Part shown: positions 8,421 through 18,920 of the stretch, piece after piece
Layout of the letters: each line of letters starts with the position of its first letter
How positions within the stretch are numbered: the stretch's first letter is position 1
From: an uncultured Armatimonadetes bacterium
Lineage (GTDB): Bacteria; Armatimonadota; UBA5829; DTJY01
Direction: 5' to 3'
Assembly: GCA_963717145.1 (NCBI GenBank)
Contig: OY970325.1
Coordinates: 2,976,001 to 3,040,000, forward strand
Length of the DNA stretch: 64,000 nucleotides
Program-made: the position numbers and the translations under genes
Notes under the pieces: model-generated
What the model saw: only the letters and a program-made list of their open reading frames with translations
The model's database searches: none
Told to the model about the DNA's origin: nothing

Positions 8421-11400
8421 ATGCCGTTCTCGCTGGAAAAACAGTTAAGGCTTTTCGGTCCTCAGCTTTTCGAGGAGCTTTGTCACAAGCTGATCGCAGG
8501 TCCCGACGGCACGGCTTTCCACGTCGAGGGGAAGGGCGGCGACGAAGGGATCGACATCTTCTCCGGCCCGCGAGGCGTCCCGAAGTCGGAGCGGAACGGA
8601 GAGAAGCTCCACGTATGGCAGGTCAAGTTCTTCCCCGACGGTCTGAAGGAGTGCCAGCGCGGGCAGATCAGAGAGTCCTTCAAGCGCGTGATGGACAAGC
8701 ACGAGCCGGACACGTGGACTCTGTGTGTCCCCGTGAACCTGGAGCAGGACGAACTCGACTGGTGGGATCAGTACAAGGCCAAACACACTGAGGTCGAGAT
8801 GAATCTTCTCGACGGTGGAAACGTCGTGAAGCTTGCGATGGAGCCGCAGCACGCCTCGATCCTCAGCCAGTATTTCATCGGCCCCTCCCATGAAGGTGCC
8901 ACCGACAAGATACTGAAGCGGCTTAACGATTTCGAGGGGGTGCCGGAGAAGCTCGAGCAGGCAGAACGCGCAACCAAGCCAAAGACGGACTTCTACGACG
9001 GCGCCGTCGCCGACTGGAACGACATCCTCAAGAGACGCGATGCATACAGGGAGAAGACCGCCGAGCTGTGGCAGTTTGTCCATGACAGAGTGACGAATCC
9101 CGGCGGCAGCGTGCCGTTCATCGTTCTGACCGGCGAGAGTGGCGAGGGAAAGACAACCATTCTGAAGCGCTTCGCCGCCGGGCTGGTGGACGCCGGATAC
9201 AAAGCCGTCTACTGGCATAAGCCGTTTTCGGAGAAGCTCTCCCCCGAGCAGTTTGCAGACCTAGGGGATGGCACGGTTGCATTCATATTCATCGACAAGG
9301 TCAGCAACTTCGACCTACACACCCTCAATGGCTTTCTCGATGGCTTGCGGTGCATCCCTATTCGCCCCGTGGTCATCGCCGCAGCGATCACTTCTCTCTG
9401 GGACGATCTGACCCGCGATCCGGAGAACTACGCGGACTTCCGGCGGATTCGGCTGGAGAGGATGACTCGCAGAGATATCCTCGCGCTCCTCGACAAACTG
9501 ACAGAAGACCCCGAGCATGCTGATGAATACCTTGGGAAACTCGCCGGGCACACCCGTGAAGAGCAGGTGCAGGTATTCGAGGGGAAATCGAAGAGCCAGC
9601 TTCTCGTCGCGCTCCTGGAGGCGAAATACGGTGTCAAGTTCAAGAAGTTTGTGCTGGACGAACTGGCAGAACTGCACGAACGTCACAAGGGTTGTCTTAG
9701 AGAGGCGTGCGACTACGTAAGCGCCTTACATCGCCTCGATCTCCCCATGCCGAAGTCGATGCTGGAGAGGCTCCTTCCGGGTTGCGGTGACCTCGAACGC
9801 GAGGTATTCAGAAAGACCCAAGGCCTCATCCAACTGCTTGCCGAGGGAGGAAACATCGTCACGCGTCACTCTCTGATTGCCCAGGTCATCTATGAAGACA
9901 GTCGCGGGCAGGAGGAATGGTATAAGAGGATCATCGCTGCAGCCCTGGGCAGTGACGAGGAAAGCCTGATGGGCCGTATGATCCACACGATCAGAGTTTC
10001 CGGAGAACGCGAGCTTGCCATGAGGCTTCTCCTCTGGGCCTCTGTGCGGTTTCCCTGCAGCCCAACCTTCCTCTTCATGCACGGGCAGCACTCTCGTGCA
10101 ACCGATGATATCGCCGGAGCTCGCTTGTTCTTTCGCAAAGCCATTGATCTTGATCCTTCACATGCGCTTACTCTTAGGGCTTGGGCAATGTTGGAAAGGG
10201 ATGAACGCAACACCGGCTACAAGGACGACCCACGACCCTATACGGCGCGCTGGCTGTTTGGCAAAGCCGTCGACGCAGACCCAAGCGCGGCTTCAGTCTG
10301 GCTAACGTGGGCGGCGATGGAAAGGCAAAGACGCAATGTCGGTTCTTTGGACGAACCGGAACCGCATACCGCAAGATGGCTCTTCCGGAAGGCTACCCAG
10401 GCGGTTCCCAATGACATTCATATCAGACTCGCATGGGCGATGATGGAGAAGGAGCAAGGCAACATCGGCGAGGAAACGGATCCCGCGGCATGTACCGCCA
10501 GATGGCTCCTCCGCAAGGCTGTCGAGCTTGATCCAACGAGTGCACACTGCTGGCAGGTTTGGGCGGCGCTGGAAAGGGATGAAGGCAACGTTGGTGATCG
10601 TGAAAACCCAGCTGAATACACGGCCAGATGGCTCCTGCGGAAAGCTCTTGAGGTCGATCCCGCGCATATCCCTAGCATGCATACGTGGGGAATCTTGGAG
10701 AAGGAACAAGGTAACATCGGGGAACGCGAAGATCCCTTGGATTGCACCGCAAGATGGCTCTTCCGCAAGGCAACGGACACAACTCCCGAAGCACCCCACA
10801 CCTGGCATGCCTCGGCCGTGATGGAGATGGATGCAGGAAATGTGGGCGATGAGGATTGCCCTCAAGAGCATACCGCTAGATGGCTCTTCCGCAAGGCGGC
10901 GGACGCCGATCCGAAGAGTGCCCATGTCTGGCAGGCATGGGCAGCCATGGAGCACAAGCAGGGCAATACTGGACCGCTCGACGGCTCGAAGGAATACTCC
11001 GCCAGATGGCTCTTCCGCAAGGCGGCGGACGCCGATCCGAAGAGTGCCCATGTCTGGCAGGCATGGGCCATCATGGAGAAGGAGCAAGACAACATCGGAC
11101 CGCTCGACGGCTCGAAGGAATACTCCGCCAGATGGCTCTTCCGCAAGGCGGCAGAAGTCTACCCAAAGGATGCCCCTGCATGGCAGGCGTGGGCCATCAT
11201 GGAGAAGGAACAGGGAAACATCGGCCCGCTAGATGGCTCCAAGGAATACTCCGCCAGATGGCTCTTCCGCAGGGCCGCCGAGGTTGACCCCCGTGCTGCC
11301 CCCACCTGGCAGGCGTGGGCCGTCATGGAGAAGGAACAGGACAACATCGGCACACTCGACGGCTCCGACCCATACTCTGCCAGATGGCTCTTCCGCGAGG

Positions 11401-12578
11401 GCGTCAAGGCCGACCCGAACATGCCCCATACCTGGCAGGCGTGGGCCGTCATGGAAAAGGAGCAGAAGAACGTCGGCGCGCCCGACGGTTCCGACCCATA
11501 CTCCGCCAGATGGCTCTTCCGTGAGGGCGTCAAGGCCGACCCCAAGAATGCCCATACCTGGCAGGCGTGGGGCGTCATGGAAACGGCCGAGAAGAATGTC
11601 GGTGCCCCGGACGGCTCCGAACCTTACTCCGCCAGATGGCTCTTCCGCAGAGCAGAGGAAGCCGATCCTGACCATGATTCCATCTGGCGGCCATGGGCAG
11701 CATTGGAGATGAGGCAGGGCAACATAGGCCAGATGTGCGACCCGAAGAGATATACGGCGCGATGGCTCTGTCGGAGGGCTATCGAGGTCACCCCTAGAGC
11801 CGCATGGGCTTGGCAAGCATGGGCGATGCTGGAAGCTGAACAGGGGAACATCGGCAACTGCAAGCGACCGGCGCCACATACCGCGAGATGGCTCTATCGC
11901 AAGTGTGCCGAGACGGCCGATCTAGACTCAAGCACGTGCTACACCTGGGCGGTACTAGAGGCGGAGCAGGGAAACATCGGCCAGAAGGCCGACTTTGAGG
12001 AATTCACGGCTAGGTGGCTATTCCGCACATCAGTTGAACTCAGTCCGAACTACGCGGGGGCTTGGCACAAGTGGGCGCTGATGGAGATGAGAGAGGGAAA
12101 TCTCGGCGATCCGGACGCCCCAGAGGAATACACCGCCCGGTGGCTTCTTCCCAAGGCCATGTCACTCGACACGAAGAACGGTCGCCTGCTGACACAGTGG
12201 GCAACAATGGAGAAAGCCCAGGAGAATTGGGCCGAGGCGGAACGCCTCTACAAGAAGGTCTTGGAGATCACCAGCAGTCCTGTGAAGAGACGGGGTGTCC
12301 ATCGAACCATGGGGATGATGATGCTGTGGCTTGGCAGGGCGGAAGAAGCCGCAGAGCATCTGGAGTCGGTGACTGATGGGAATACTACGGATTACATGGC
12401 TCGTATATACCTGGCATCAGCCCACGCGACACTGCATAGCTGGGACGATTCAGACGCGCAGTTCCAGATCGCCATGGGGATGAGTCCCGGCAACTATGGG
12501 GTTCAGGACCTCTACCACGTAATGCTCGGCTACAGAGACAGAATCGAAGCCCTGGAGACCGGGGTGAGTGACGAGTGA
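8421..12578 (+). CDS. Nuclease-STAND NTPase-HAT/TPR repeat protein (Avs/NLR-like defence candidate)
   Basis: N-terminal FEELC..GGDEGIDIF..WQVKFF (PD-(D/E)xK/Mrr-like). Walker A IVLTGESGEGKTT and Walker B-like FIFID. Sixteen 42-aa ARWL repeats followed by C-terminal TPRs. Confidence 0.8.
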   Translation: MPFSLEKQLRLFGPQLFEELCHKLIAGPDGTAFHVEGKGGDEGIDIFSGPRGVPKSERNGEKLHVWQVKFFPDGLKECQRGQIRESFKRVMDKHEPDTWTLCVPVNLEQDELDWWDQYKAKHTEVEMNLLDGGNVVKLAMEPQHASILSQYFIGPSHEGATDKILKRLNDFEGVPEKLEQAERATKPKTDFYDGAVADWNDILKRRDAYREKTAELWQFVHDRVTNPGGSVPFIVLTGESGEGKTTILKRFAAGLVDAGYKAVYWHKPFSEKLSPEQFADLGDGTVAFIFIDKVSNFDLHTLNGFLDGLRCIPIRPVVIAAAITSLWDDLTRDPENYADFRRIRLERMTRRDILALLDKLTEDPEHADEYLGKLAGHTREEQVQVFEGKSKSQLLVALLEAKYGVKFKKFVLDELAELHERHKGCLREACDYVSALHRLDLPMPKSMLERLLPGCGDLEREVFRKTQGLIQLLAEGGNIVTRHSLIAQVIYEDSRGQEEWYKRIIAAALGSDEESLMGRMIHTIRVSGERELAMRLLLWASVRFPCSPTFLFMHGQHSRATDDIAGARLFFRKAIDLDPSHALTLRAWAMLERDERNTGYKDDPRPYTARWLFGKAVDADPSAASVWLTWAAMERQRRNVGSLDEPEPHTARWLFRKATQAVPNDIHIRLAWAMMEKEQGNIGEETDPAACTARWLLRKAVELDPTSAHCWQVWAALERDEGNVGDRENPAEYTARWLLRKALEVDPAHIPSMHTWGILEKEQGNIGEREDPLDCTARWLFRKATDTTPEAPHTWHASAVMEMDAGNVGDEDCPQEHTARWLFRKAADADPKSAHVWQAWAAMEHKQGNTGPLDGSKEYSARWLFRKAADADPKSAHVWQAWAIMEKEQDNIGPLDGSKEYSARWLFRKAAEVYPKDAPAWQAWAIMEKEQGNIGPLDGSKEYSARWLFRRAAEVDPRAAPTWQAWAVMEKEQDNIGTLDGSDPYSARWLFREGVKADPNMPHTWQAWAVMEKEQKNVGAPDGSDPYSARWLFREGVKADPKNAHTWQAWGVMETAEKNVGAPDGSEPYSARWLFRRAEEADPDHDSIWRPWAALEMRQGNIGQMCDPKRYTARWLCRRAIEVTPRAAWAWQAWAMLEAEQGNIGNCKRPAPHTARWLYRKCAETADLDSSTCYTWAVLEAEQGNIGQKADFEEFTARWLFRTSVELSPNYAGAWHKWALMEMREGNLGDPDAPEEYTARWLLPKAMSLDTKNGRLLTQWATMEKAQENWAEAERLYKKVLEITSSPVKRRGVHRTMGMMMLWLGRAEEAAEHLESVTDGNTTDYMARIYLASAHATLHSWDDSDAQFQIAMGMSPGNYGVQDLYHVMLGYRDRIEALETGVSDE
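10240..12200 (+). repeat. Coding tandem repeat, 126-nt (42-aa) unit, 16 copies
   Basis: agatggctcttccgcaagg recurs at 126-nt spacing (10878, 11004, 11130); the central copies are nearly identical. Confidence 0.92.
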
Positions 12579-12758
12579 TTCGCAGAGGGCAAGAGCTGCG
12601 AGGACACCATGTGCTGTGAAGTCTCTACGACCCAGTCCACAGATGGATGATCGCCCCATAGACGCCCATATGAGCTATACCTTCGATAGAGCTGTCCGCT
12701 CGGACTCGCTTTGAGCACTATTCCCATGATCTATCCGCCATCTTCCTCTAGACCCACA

Positions 12759-12790
12759 ACCACCCCGGAGGTTTTCACCCCCGGGGTGGT
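12759..12790. terminator. Hairpin between convergent genes
   Basis: accaccccggaggttttcacccccggggtggt. Confidence 0.5.
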
Positions 12791-12994
12791 CGTGGTGATG
12801 CGTGGTGCATGTTGCTTTATTGCCTTACTACCTGCGATACTCCCCGCCGCGCGGGCTACTTTTCCGGTATCCGGCATCCGGTATCCTGCTGATCCTGCAC
12901 TGCTTCCGGTGACCGGTATCCGACCTCGCCCCGCCGGCGGAGAATGCGGCGCGCGGTTCACATTCCGCATTCCGCATTCCCAATTCGCAATTCC

Positions 12995-13660
12995 CTAGGC
13001 GGCGATCGTCGCCTGGAAGACGTCCGACCATGAGCCGGCCTCGCCTTTCTGGTTGACCCAACGCAGACGGTAGTACGCCATCTTGCCGGCGTCTCCCTCC
13101 GCGTGTTCCACCACGGCGGGCGTGCGACCCGCGGTCTTGGCGTAGGTCATGTCGCTCGGCCCGGAAGGGGCTTCGCCGACCTTCACCCAGATCTCGCAAC
13201 CGCGAATGCCCGCGGGCTTCGCCTTGCTGACGCCCGCGTCACCCTCGTTCTCGAAGCTGACGATGTGCTTCAGCGGCTGGCCTCCGTTCGCGCGACCGGT
13301 CGGCCTGAGCGTTGGCGGCATCTCCGCCGGGACGTAGGCGCTGCCACGGACGGTGATGCGCATCCCCGTGCGATCGGTGTCCGTGACCAGCGGACCGGAC
13401 TGGAACCGATTCACCAGCGCGCGGATCTGCTGCTCGAGATCCGTCCGCTGCGTATCCTTCGTGACTGTCGCGCCCTGGGCCTGCGCTTTCCACATGATCT
13501 GCTTGTTCAGCGCATCCTTCCAGAGCGGGGTCGCGGCCACGATATCGGCGATGTCTTCGTCAGTGAAGCCCATCGTCTCCATCCTCGGCGTCGCGTAGGT
13601 CAGGAAGTTATCGACCCATTCGTCGAACTCCGCATCTTTGGTTGGCAAGTAATTTGCCAT
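12995..13660 (-). CDS. Hypothetical protein, N-terminal helical region + C-terminal FN3/Ig-like beta domain (paralog 1)
   Basis: GGAGG ribosome-binding site; YLP..D.EF..W...F; AKPAG..G.EIW.K.GE; AYYRLRW....GE.G.WS....ATIAA. Aligns end to end with 39059-39733. Confidence 0.85.
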   Translation of the reverse strand: MANYLPTKDAEFDEWVDNFLTYATPRMETMGFTDEDIADIVAATPLWKDALNKQIMWKAQAQGATVTKDTQRTDLEQQIRALVNRFQSGPLVTDTDRTGMRITVRGSAYVPAEMPPTLRPTGRANGGQPLKHIVSFENEGDAGVSKAKPAGIRGCEIWVKVGEAPSGPSDMTYAKTAGRTPAVVEHAEGDAGKMAYYRLRWVNQKGEAGSWSDVFQATIAA

Positions 13661-13775
13661 TCTTATCACCTCCTCTCATGCAAGTGTTACCTCCATTATC
13701 GGCCAACTTATGGTAGAACCACAGAGTTTCAGGCAGTCGCTTTTATAGAAAAATGGCTCGGAATTTGGTATGGTA

Positions 13776-14006
13776 GAAAAACTCATTCTTTCCTTAGAGG
13801 GAACGGCGGATTCCTCGGAGGGAATCATTCTTTCCGCAGAAGGAATGGCGGATTCCTCGGAGGGAATCATTCCCCCTGCAGAGGGAACGGCGGATCCTTT
13901 CGAGGGAATCATTCCCCCTGCAGAGGGAACGGCGGATCCTTTCGAGGGAATCATTCCCCCTGCAGAGGGAACGGCGGATCCTTTCGAGGGAATCGTTCCC
14001 CCGTCA
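13776..14006. repeat. Array of eleven 21-nt units (42-nt A/B superunit)
   Basis: GAGGGAAcggcggatcctttc alternating with GAGGGAAtcattccccctgca. Confidence 0.95.
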
Positions 14007-14362
14007 GCCCTGAGTGTGCCGGTGAATGACGGCATGTATCGAAGGGCGGCCGGAGGCGAGGGTGCTGGGGGCGGAACCCGCCTGAGCAGGGATGGCACCG
14101 GGGCACGGGGGTGTCAAGGACAGATGCCCTGCGCTGGTCGGATGGCGACCCGAAACACTGGCTCTACAATCGGGATTTCCGGGTTGGACGGAAGTGCGCT
14201 CTACAAGCCAAGCTCGGCGGTCCAACCCTCAAATCCCGGTACACCGAGTTCGATGGTTGGATTGTCTGATGGTTTGATGGTAAGGCCGGAGCGCGATGCG
14301 CTCCGGCCTTGATCATGCCACACCCTCCGAGTCCGAGTAGGCCGATGGTGTGGTCGCCTGTA

Positions 14363-17300
14363 TCACGGCCGGTAATTGACCGTGCCAGGAGTCGACTGAG
14401 CGGGATTAGCGACGCCGTTCATGTCCGTGCATACGCCCGTCGCAAGCGTCGCGCACAGAACGCCTCGATGGGGTATGCCGCTGCTGACCGCGACGTTGAA
14501 TGTCTTGCTGTCGCCGCTGTTTGTGATCGTCTGCGTGGGGCTGATACTTGCCCCATTCAGCGTGAGTGTTACATCGCCGGTCTGGAAGCCGGTGACCGGT
14601 CTGCTGAACACTACCGTGAAGTTGATCGGCAGCACGCTCGTCTGGTCCGACTGGCCTGCAGCTCGCTTGATGATCACGGGCTGCACCTCATACGCGCCCA
14701 TGTCAAGGGTGTGCTCAGGAGTTTCGGATGCCCAGTACGTGTCGCGCCAGTAGCCGTCGCAGTCCACGAAGAAGTCACGCGTATAGGCACTGAATACCGC
14801 GTCTGACCAGGCTCTATTGCCGTTATCTACGCAAGGAGAGTTGTGGACCAGACGATAGTTCTCGGAGGTTCTGCTTACGAACATAGGGTCCGTAAAGATG
14901 TTGCCCAAGCACTCCCCAAAGCTGCCCTGGAAGTCAGTGCCATTTCCCCACAGGCAGGAGTGGTCAACTATGGTCTGGCCGCCGCCGGACGATATCCCGA
15001 CGCCGTTGTACGCCACGATATTGTTCCCAATGTTGCCGTCACCCTCAGACGTGGCGTGGCCTACACCATTACCCACGATAGTATTATTGGCCACCAGCGA
15101 ATACGTATACCCGCTGCAGATGCCGATCGAGCTGCCCGTGATCACGTTGTTGAAAATCGCGTTCGGCCCAATCCCTTCTTCTAATATACTGCAAGCTACG
15201 CCACGAGCCGAGTTGCCCGCTATCACGTTGTCATAGATCCGCGCCGTGCATCCTTGACCAGTAGACACGCCAGAACCGTTCCCCGTGATGATGTTGTCGG
15301 AAACTGCGGCATAAGTCCATATCTCATCTTCAGTTCGGGATACGCAGACACCGCAGATACCGTTCGTAATCGTGAAACCGCTTATATGCTGGTTATACCA
15401 ACGATTGTAGTTGCTGCTTGCGCCAGTCGTACTGCCATTGGCCGCTAACACGACCGGGCCCGAACCATTGCCGACCAGTGTCGTCACGTTCGCTCGACAG
15501 TCTCTCTGGTCAGCCGTGGTCTCTATGCCGGCGAAGCCGCCGAACAGGCGTATGTCAGGCGGAAGAACGAAACTTCCAGACTTGACGGGAACGTTATACG
15601 TTCCCGCCGCCACCCATACCTGAGGGATGATATCAGGTAGTGCGACAAGAGGACCGGCAAGGTCGAGTGCCTTTTGGACAGTCGCCACGGCCCACTCCCA
15701 ACTGCTCCCATCGTAGGCGTCGTTGCCGCCCGGCTTCACACAGATCACGTATCCCGGAGCATCCGGTTGGTAAGTCACCACATTATCCGTGCTCGTTGAG
15801 GCCTCGTTGAAACGGCCCCACTCGTCGGTGCATATTCCGGCGGGAATTCGTGCGCTGACCGTGCCAAGAGTGGCGCACGTGTACGCGGCGCCCTGCCTGT
15901 TCAGGGTGACATCCACATAGAACGTGGTTCCGAAACCCTTATGGTCGCTGATTTGTACCCGCGGGCCGTTCCTTGTATCGATATGTAGTCTGTGTCAACG
16001 GCCAGGAAGCTTTCGGCCGGCTGGCTGAAGACCACCTCAAAGCTGATCACGTCCGATTTCGTCGGATCCAGACCCGGGGCCTGGTCGATAGTTACTGTCA
16101 GAGGTGGTGAATAGGTGACCGACACGATATCGGACTCGGTGTTCCAGTAGCCGTTCGAGGCCTGCGCTACATGCGCCGGCACCTGGCAAGTCACCGGGCC
16201 CGGCGCGGATGCCGTCACGTGCAGCACGTAGGTAGACCCGCTTATCGTGTCGAGCGCTCCCTTCGTGCCGTTAGTAACATTGATGCTGCCTGCAGTCAGA
16301 CCCGTGACGTTGTCCTTGAACGTGATGGGGAACTCCATATCCGCGTCGATGCACGGGCTGGCCGGTCCCGTTACAGTCGCCGCGCCGAGACCCACCGAGT
16401 ATGACCGGATAGGGAATTGCCTCGGGTAGTGGTCTTTGCTGGTGTCTCCCCTGTCATAGCCGTGCACCACGAAGTAGTAGGCATCGTCGGGGAGGTAAAG
16501 GTGCTGACTGGACCCTACCGTTTGCACTTCGTCGACTTTGACCAGGTCTGATCGACGGAACGCCTCCACGATACCCATCCAGATATTGCCTGGACTCACT
16601 GTCCAGTTGATGTCGTAGCCGCCCCAGGCGGGCTGCGTTATGACCACGTTGGAGACACGACCATTCGAGAGCCGATGATCGGTGTCCGTGTCATAGGCAG
16701 GAATCCCGGCCACGTTTCGAGTGCCGGTGGTGCAGTCCAACGGCCTCCACATTGGCCAAGTCCATGGGTCTCCCGTAGGGAATGACCACCTCTTCTCCAC
16801 ATGCTGGAGCGTGACTTCGTATGAATAGAACCCACGGGGGGCCAGCGCCCCGCCGCTGTCTCTGCCATCCCACTCTATGTTGATGGGGGTGGCCGGCAGG
16901 GTATCAAACACGGGGACATTCAGTGTCCGAACCAGGTTGCCTGTCGCGGCAGAGTAGATGCCGACGGTTCCGCTCGTCGCAGTCAACGGTCCGCCGTCTG
17001 TGACATCATCGCCCGCGGGAGTGCGCCCAAAGGATGCAACTGGATGCGGGCTCCCTGCATTCCCTTCCCATACCAGGTACTGAGGCATGTTCAGGTCTTC
17101 GACGACCAGGTTGTTTATAGCGACGTCCTTGGTCACAGTCAGGGGAAGCGTATCCGTCCCGCTGAAGCTGAGATAGCCCGTTCCGGACGCCTCAATGCGA
17201 AACACGGCATTATGATACTGATGACTCCGCCACTGGAATGCGTCTACGGCCCACGTGCATTCCTGCCTCCACCATGTAGACTGGTCGAAGCACGGTACGC

Positions 17301-17652
17301 TCACGTAGGGTATCGTAGCCGAGGAAACCCAGTCCGCTCGGCCGAACGTCTTGACGACGGGCGAATGCAGGGGACCTCCTTGCACGGGGTCGTCGGGCAC
17401 GATCTCAGAGACGGTCAGAGTCAACGCGGACAGCCGCGTGTCCGCATAGGGGTACCACTCATTGGGGCAGACGTCTCTGTATACCTTGATAATCACGTTG
17501 CCGTTGGGCAGCCCCATCACAGTAATGCCCATCGCGTAGTTTCCACGCGTACCGATTGAGTAGACGTGATCATTGGGCATGCCAATGTCTGCCCAAACGC
17601 CGGTAGAGATCAGCAACAGGATAGAACAAATCAGCAGTATCCGCTTCATCAC
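14363..17652 (-). CDS. Large secreted surface protein: signal peptide, FlgD-like Ig, bacterial Ig-like domains and right-handed beta helix; one gene split by an indel near 15935
   Basis: MKRILLICSILLLISTGVWA signal; IEWDGRDSGG..RGFYSY. The Ig repeat continues across the ORF junction (TTFYVDVTL...ASTSTDNVVTY). Also DGSSWEWA..TVQKAL and DPMFV...SPCVDNG. Confidence 0.75.
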
Positions 17653-18782
17653 TTCACCTCCTTAGGCAGGAGATACTTACATCTAAGTTGGAGGTCTTTC
17701 ACACTTGCATCGATGGCCAAATCCGGGAAGGATTTGAGAACCTGGTCCGCAAGGTCCTTCGCCTCTTGATACCGGTTCAGGTGATACAGCGCCTCGCCTT
17801 TCCAATAGAGAGCGTTGGGCACCAATTCAGTCCCCGTCAGCTTCTTCGCTTTCGCCGGATCAAGCATTGCGGTCTTCGCATAGAAGGGCTTTGCAGCCAG
17901 CCAGTTCTTATGCTTTTCCTCAGGCGACTTGCCCGGCTGCGCATCCAGGAACTGGTCGAATCCCGCTATGGCCTCGACCCACTGCTGCTTGACATAGTAC
18001 GTGCATGCCAGCTCGAACTGAGCAACAGCCTTGATGTACTTGTCCGGCTGCTTCGAGTCGAGCACCGCCTGGTAATGCTCGGACGCGCCCTTACCGTCAC
18101 CCTGAATCAGGCGGATTTCCCCCAGGCCCATGCGGGCCCTGACACTCTGTGGGTTGGTTTGCGACTTCGCAGCCAGAGGCTTGAAGATCGCCTCTGCCCT
18201 GAACAGATAAGACTTGTTGGAGCTCTGCCAATACTGACTGATGCACGCAAAGCCGGCTTCGGCTCGACTATCATCCGCTCTGTTGGGCTCTGCTTCAGGA
18301 ACACCGGCACTCTGCTCGAACAGCGAGCACGCGCTGTACATATCTCCATCGCGCAAAGCCTTGTGGCCGAGGCAGTGCAGTGCGTCAGCAGCTTCCTTGG
18401 TGCGCGGGTATTTCTTAACTACTTGGCTCCACTCATCAGTCGGCTGGCCGATTCTGTCGCGCAGGTAGCCGATCCGGAGTAGCGCGACGGGTGCCTCCGG
18501 CGAGTTGGGAAACTTGTCAACGGTCCGTTTGAACTGAGCTATGACCTCAGCAACCGGAGCATGCCTCTTGTCCTTGATGTGCCCCATCATCAGCAGAGCT
18601 ATCGGCTCGTTGGGGGCACCGGGATGTGCCTCAATGATTTTCGCACATGCCCTCTCCGCCTCGTCCGTTTTCCCGGCCCGCACCAACAATGCTGCGTCAC
18701 GCACCGTCGCGGGCTGTTCCAGGCAGTAGCCTGTCGGGGCCAGGCAGAGAATGCCTAGCAGCACAACCACGTGTCTGAACAT
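17649..18782 (-). CDS. Exported TPR protein (BamD/YbgF-like repeats)
   Basis: Signal peptide; FPNSPEAPVALLRIG, YPRTKEAADALHCLG and ALYWKGEALY repeats; translationally coupled to the surface protein gene. Confidence 0.78.
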   Translation of the reverse strand: MFRHVVVLLGILCLAPTGYCLEQPATVRDAALLVRAGKTDEAERACAKIIEAHPGAPNEPIALLMMGHIKDKRHAPVAEVIAQFKRTVDKFPNSPEAPVALLRIGYLRDRIGQPTDEWSQVVKKYPRTKEAADALHCLGHKALRDGDMYSACSLFEQSAGVPEAEPNRADDSRAEAGFACISQYWQSSNKSYLFRAEAIFKPLAAKSQTNPQSVRARMGLGEIRLIQGDGKGASEHYQAVLDSKQPDKYIKAVAQFELACTYYVKQQWVEAIAGFDQFLDAQPGKSPEEKHKNWLAAKPFYAKTAMLDPAKAKKLTGTELVPNALYWKGEALYHLNRYQEAKDLADQVLKSFPDLAIDASVKDLQLRCKYLLPKEVK

Positions 18783-18876
18783 TTGTGTTTCCTCCCTTTC
18801 GTTTTCGCAAAGGGGGGGTGGCCTGCCCCCACATTAAGAAGACGTACGGTAGCGAAACTACAACTCCGTAGCGTCG

Positions 18877-18905
18877 AGTGTAGCACCCGGCAAGCAGTTT
18901 GTCAA
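18877..18905 (-). promoter_or_regulatory. sigma70 promoter for the TPR/surface protein operon
   Basis: Minus strand TTGACA-17 nt-TACACT. Confidence 0.7.
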
Positions 18906-18920
18906 CATAGAAGTCAAGGA

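Noticed and set aside
10240-12200. Non-coding repeat array or separate overlapping ORFs
   Set aside because: The 126-nt period is a multiple of 3 within one long ORF; the alternative-frame ORFs are shadows of the repeat.
13695-13703. sigma28 promoter (GCCGATAA) upstream of both paralogs
   Set aside because: The -10 match is good but neither locus has a TAAA -35 at the expected spacing, so it is kept only as a shared motif.
13776-14006. CRISPR array
   Set aside because: Units are 21 nt with repeated rather than unique intervening sequences, and no cas genes are in the window.
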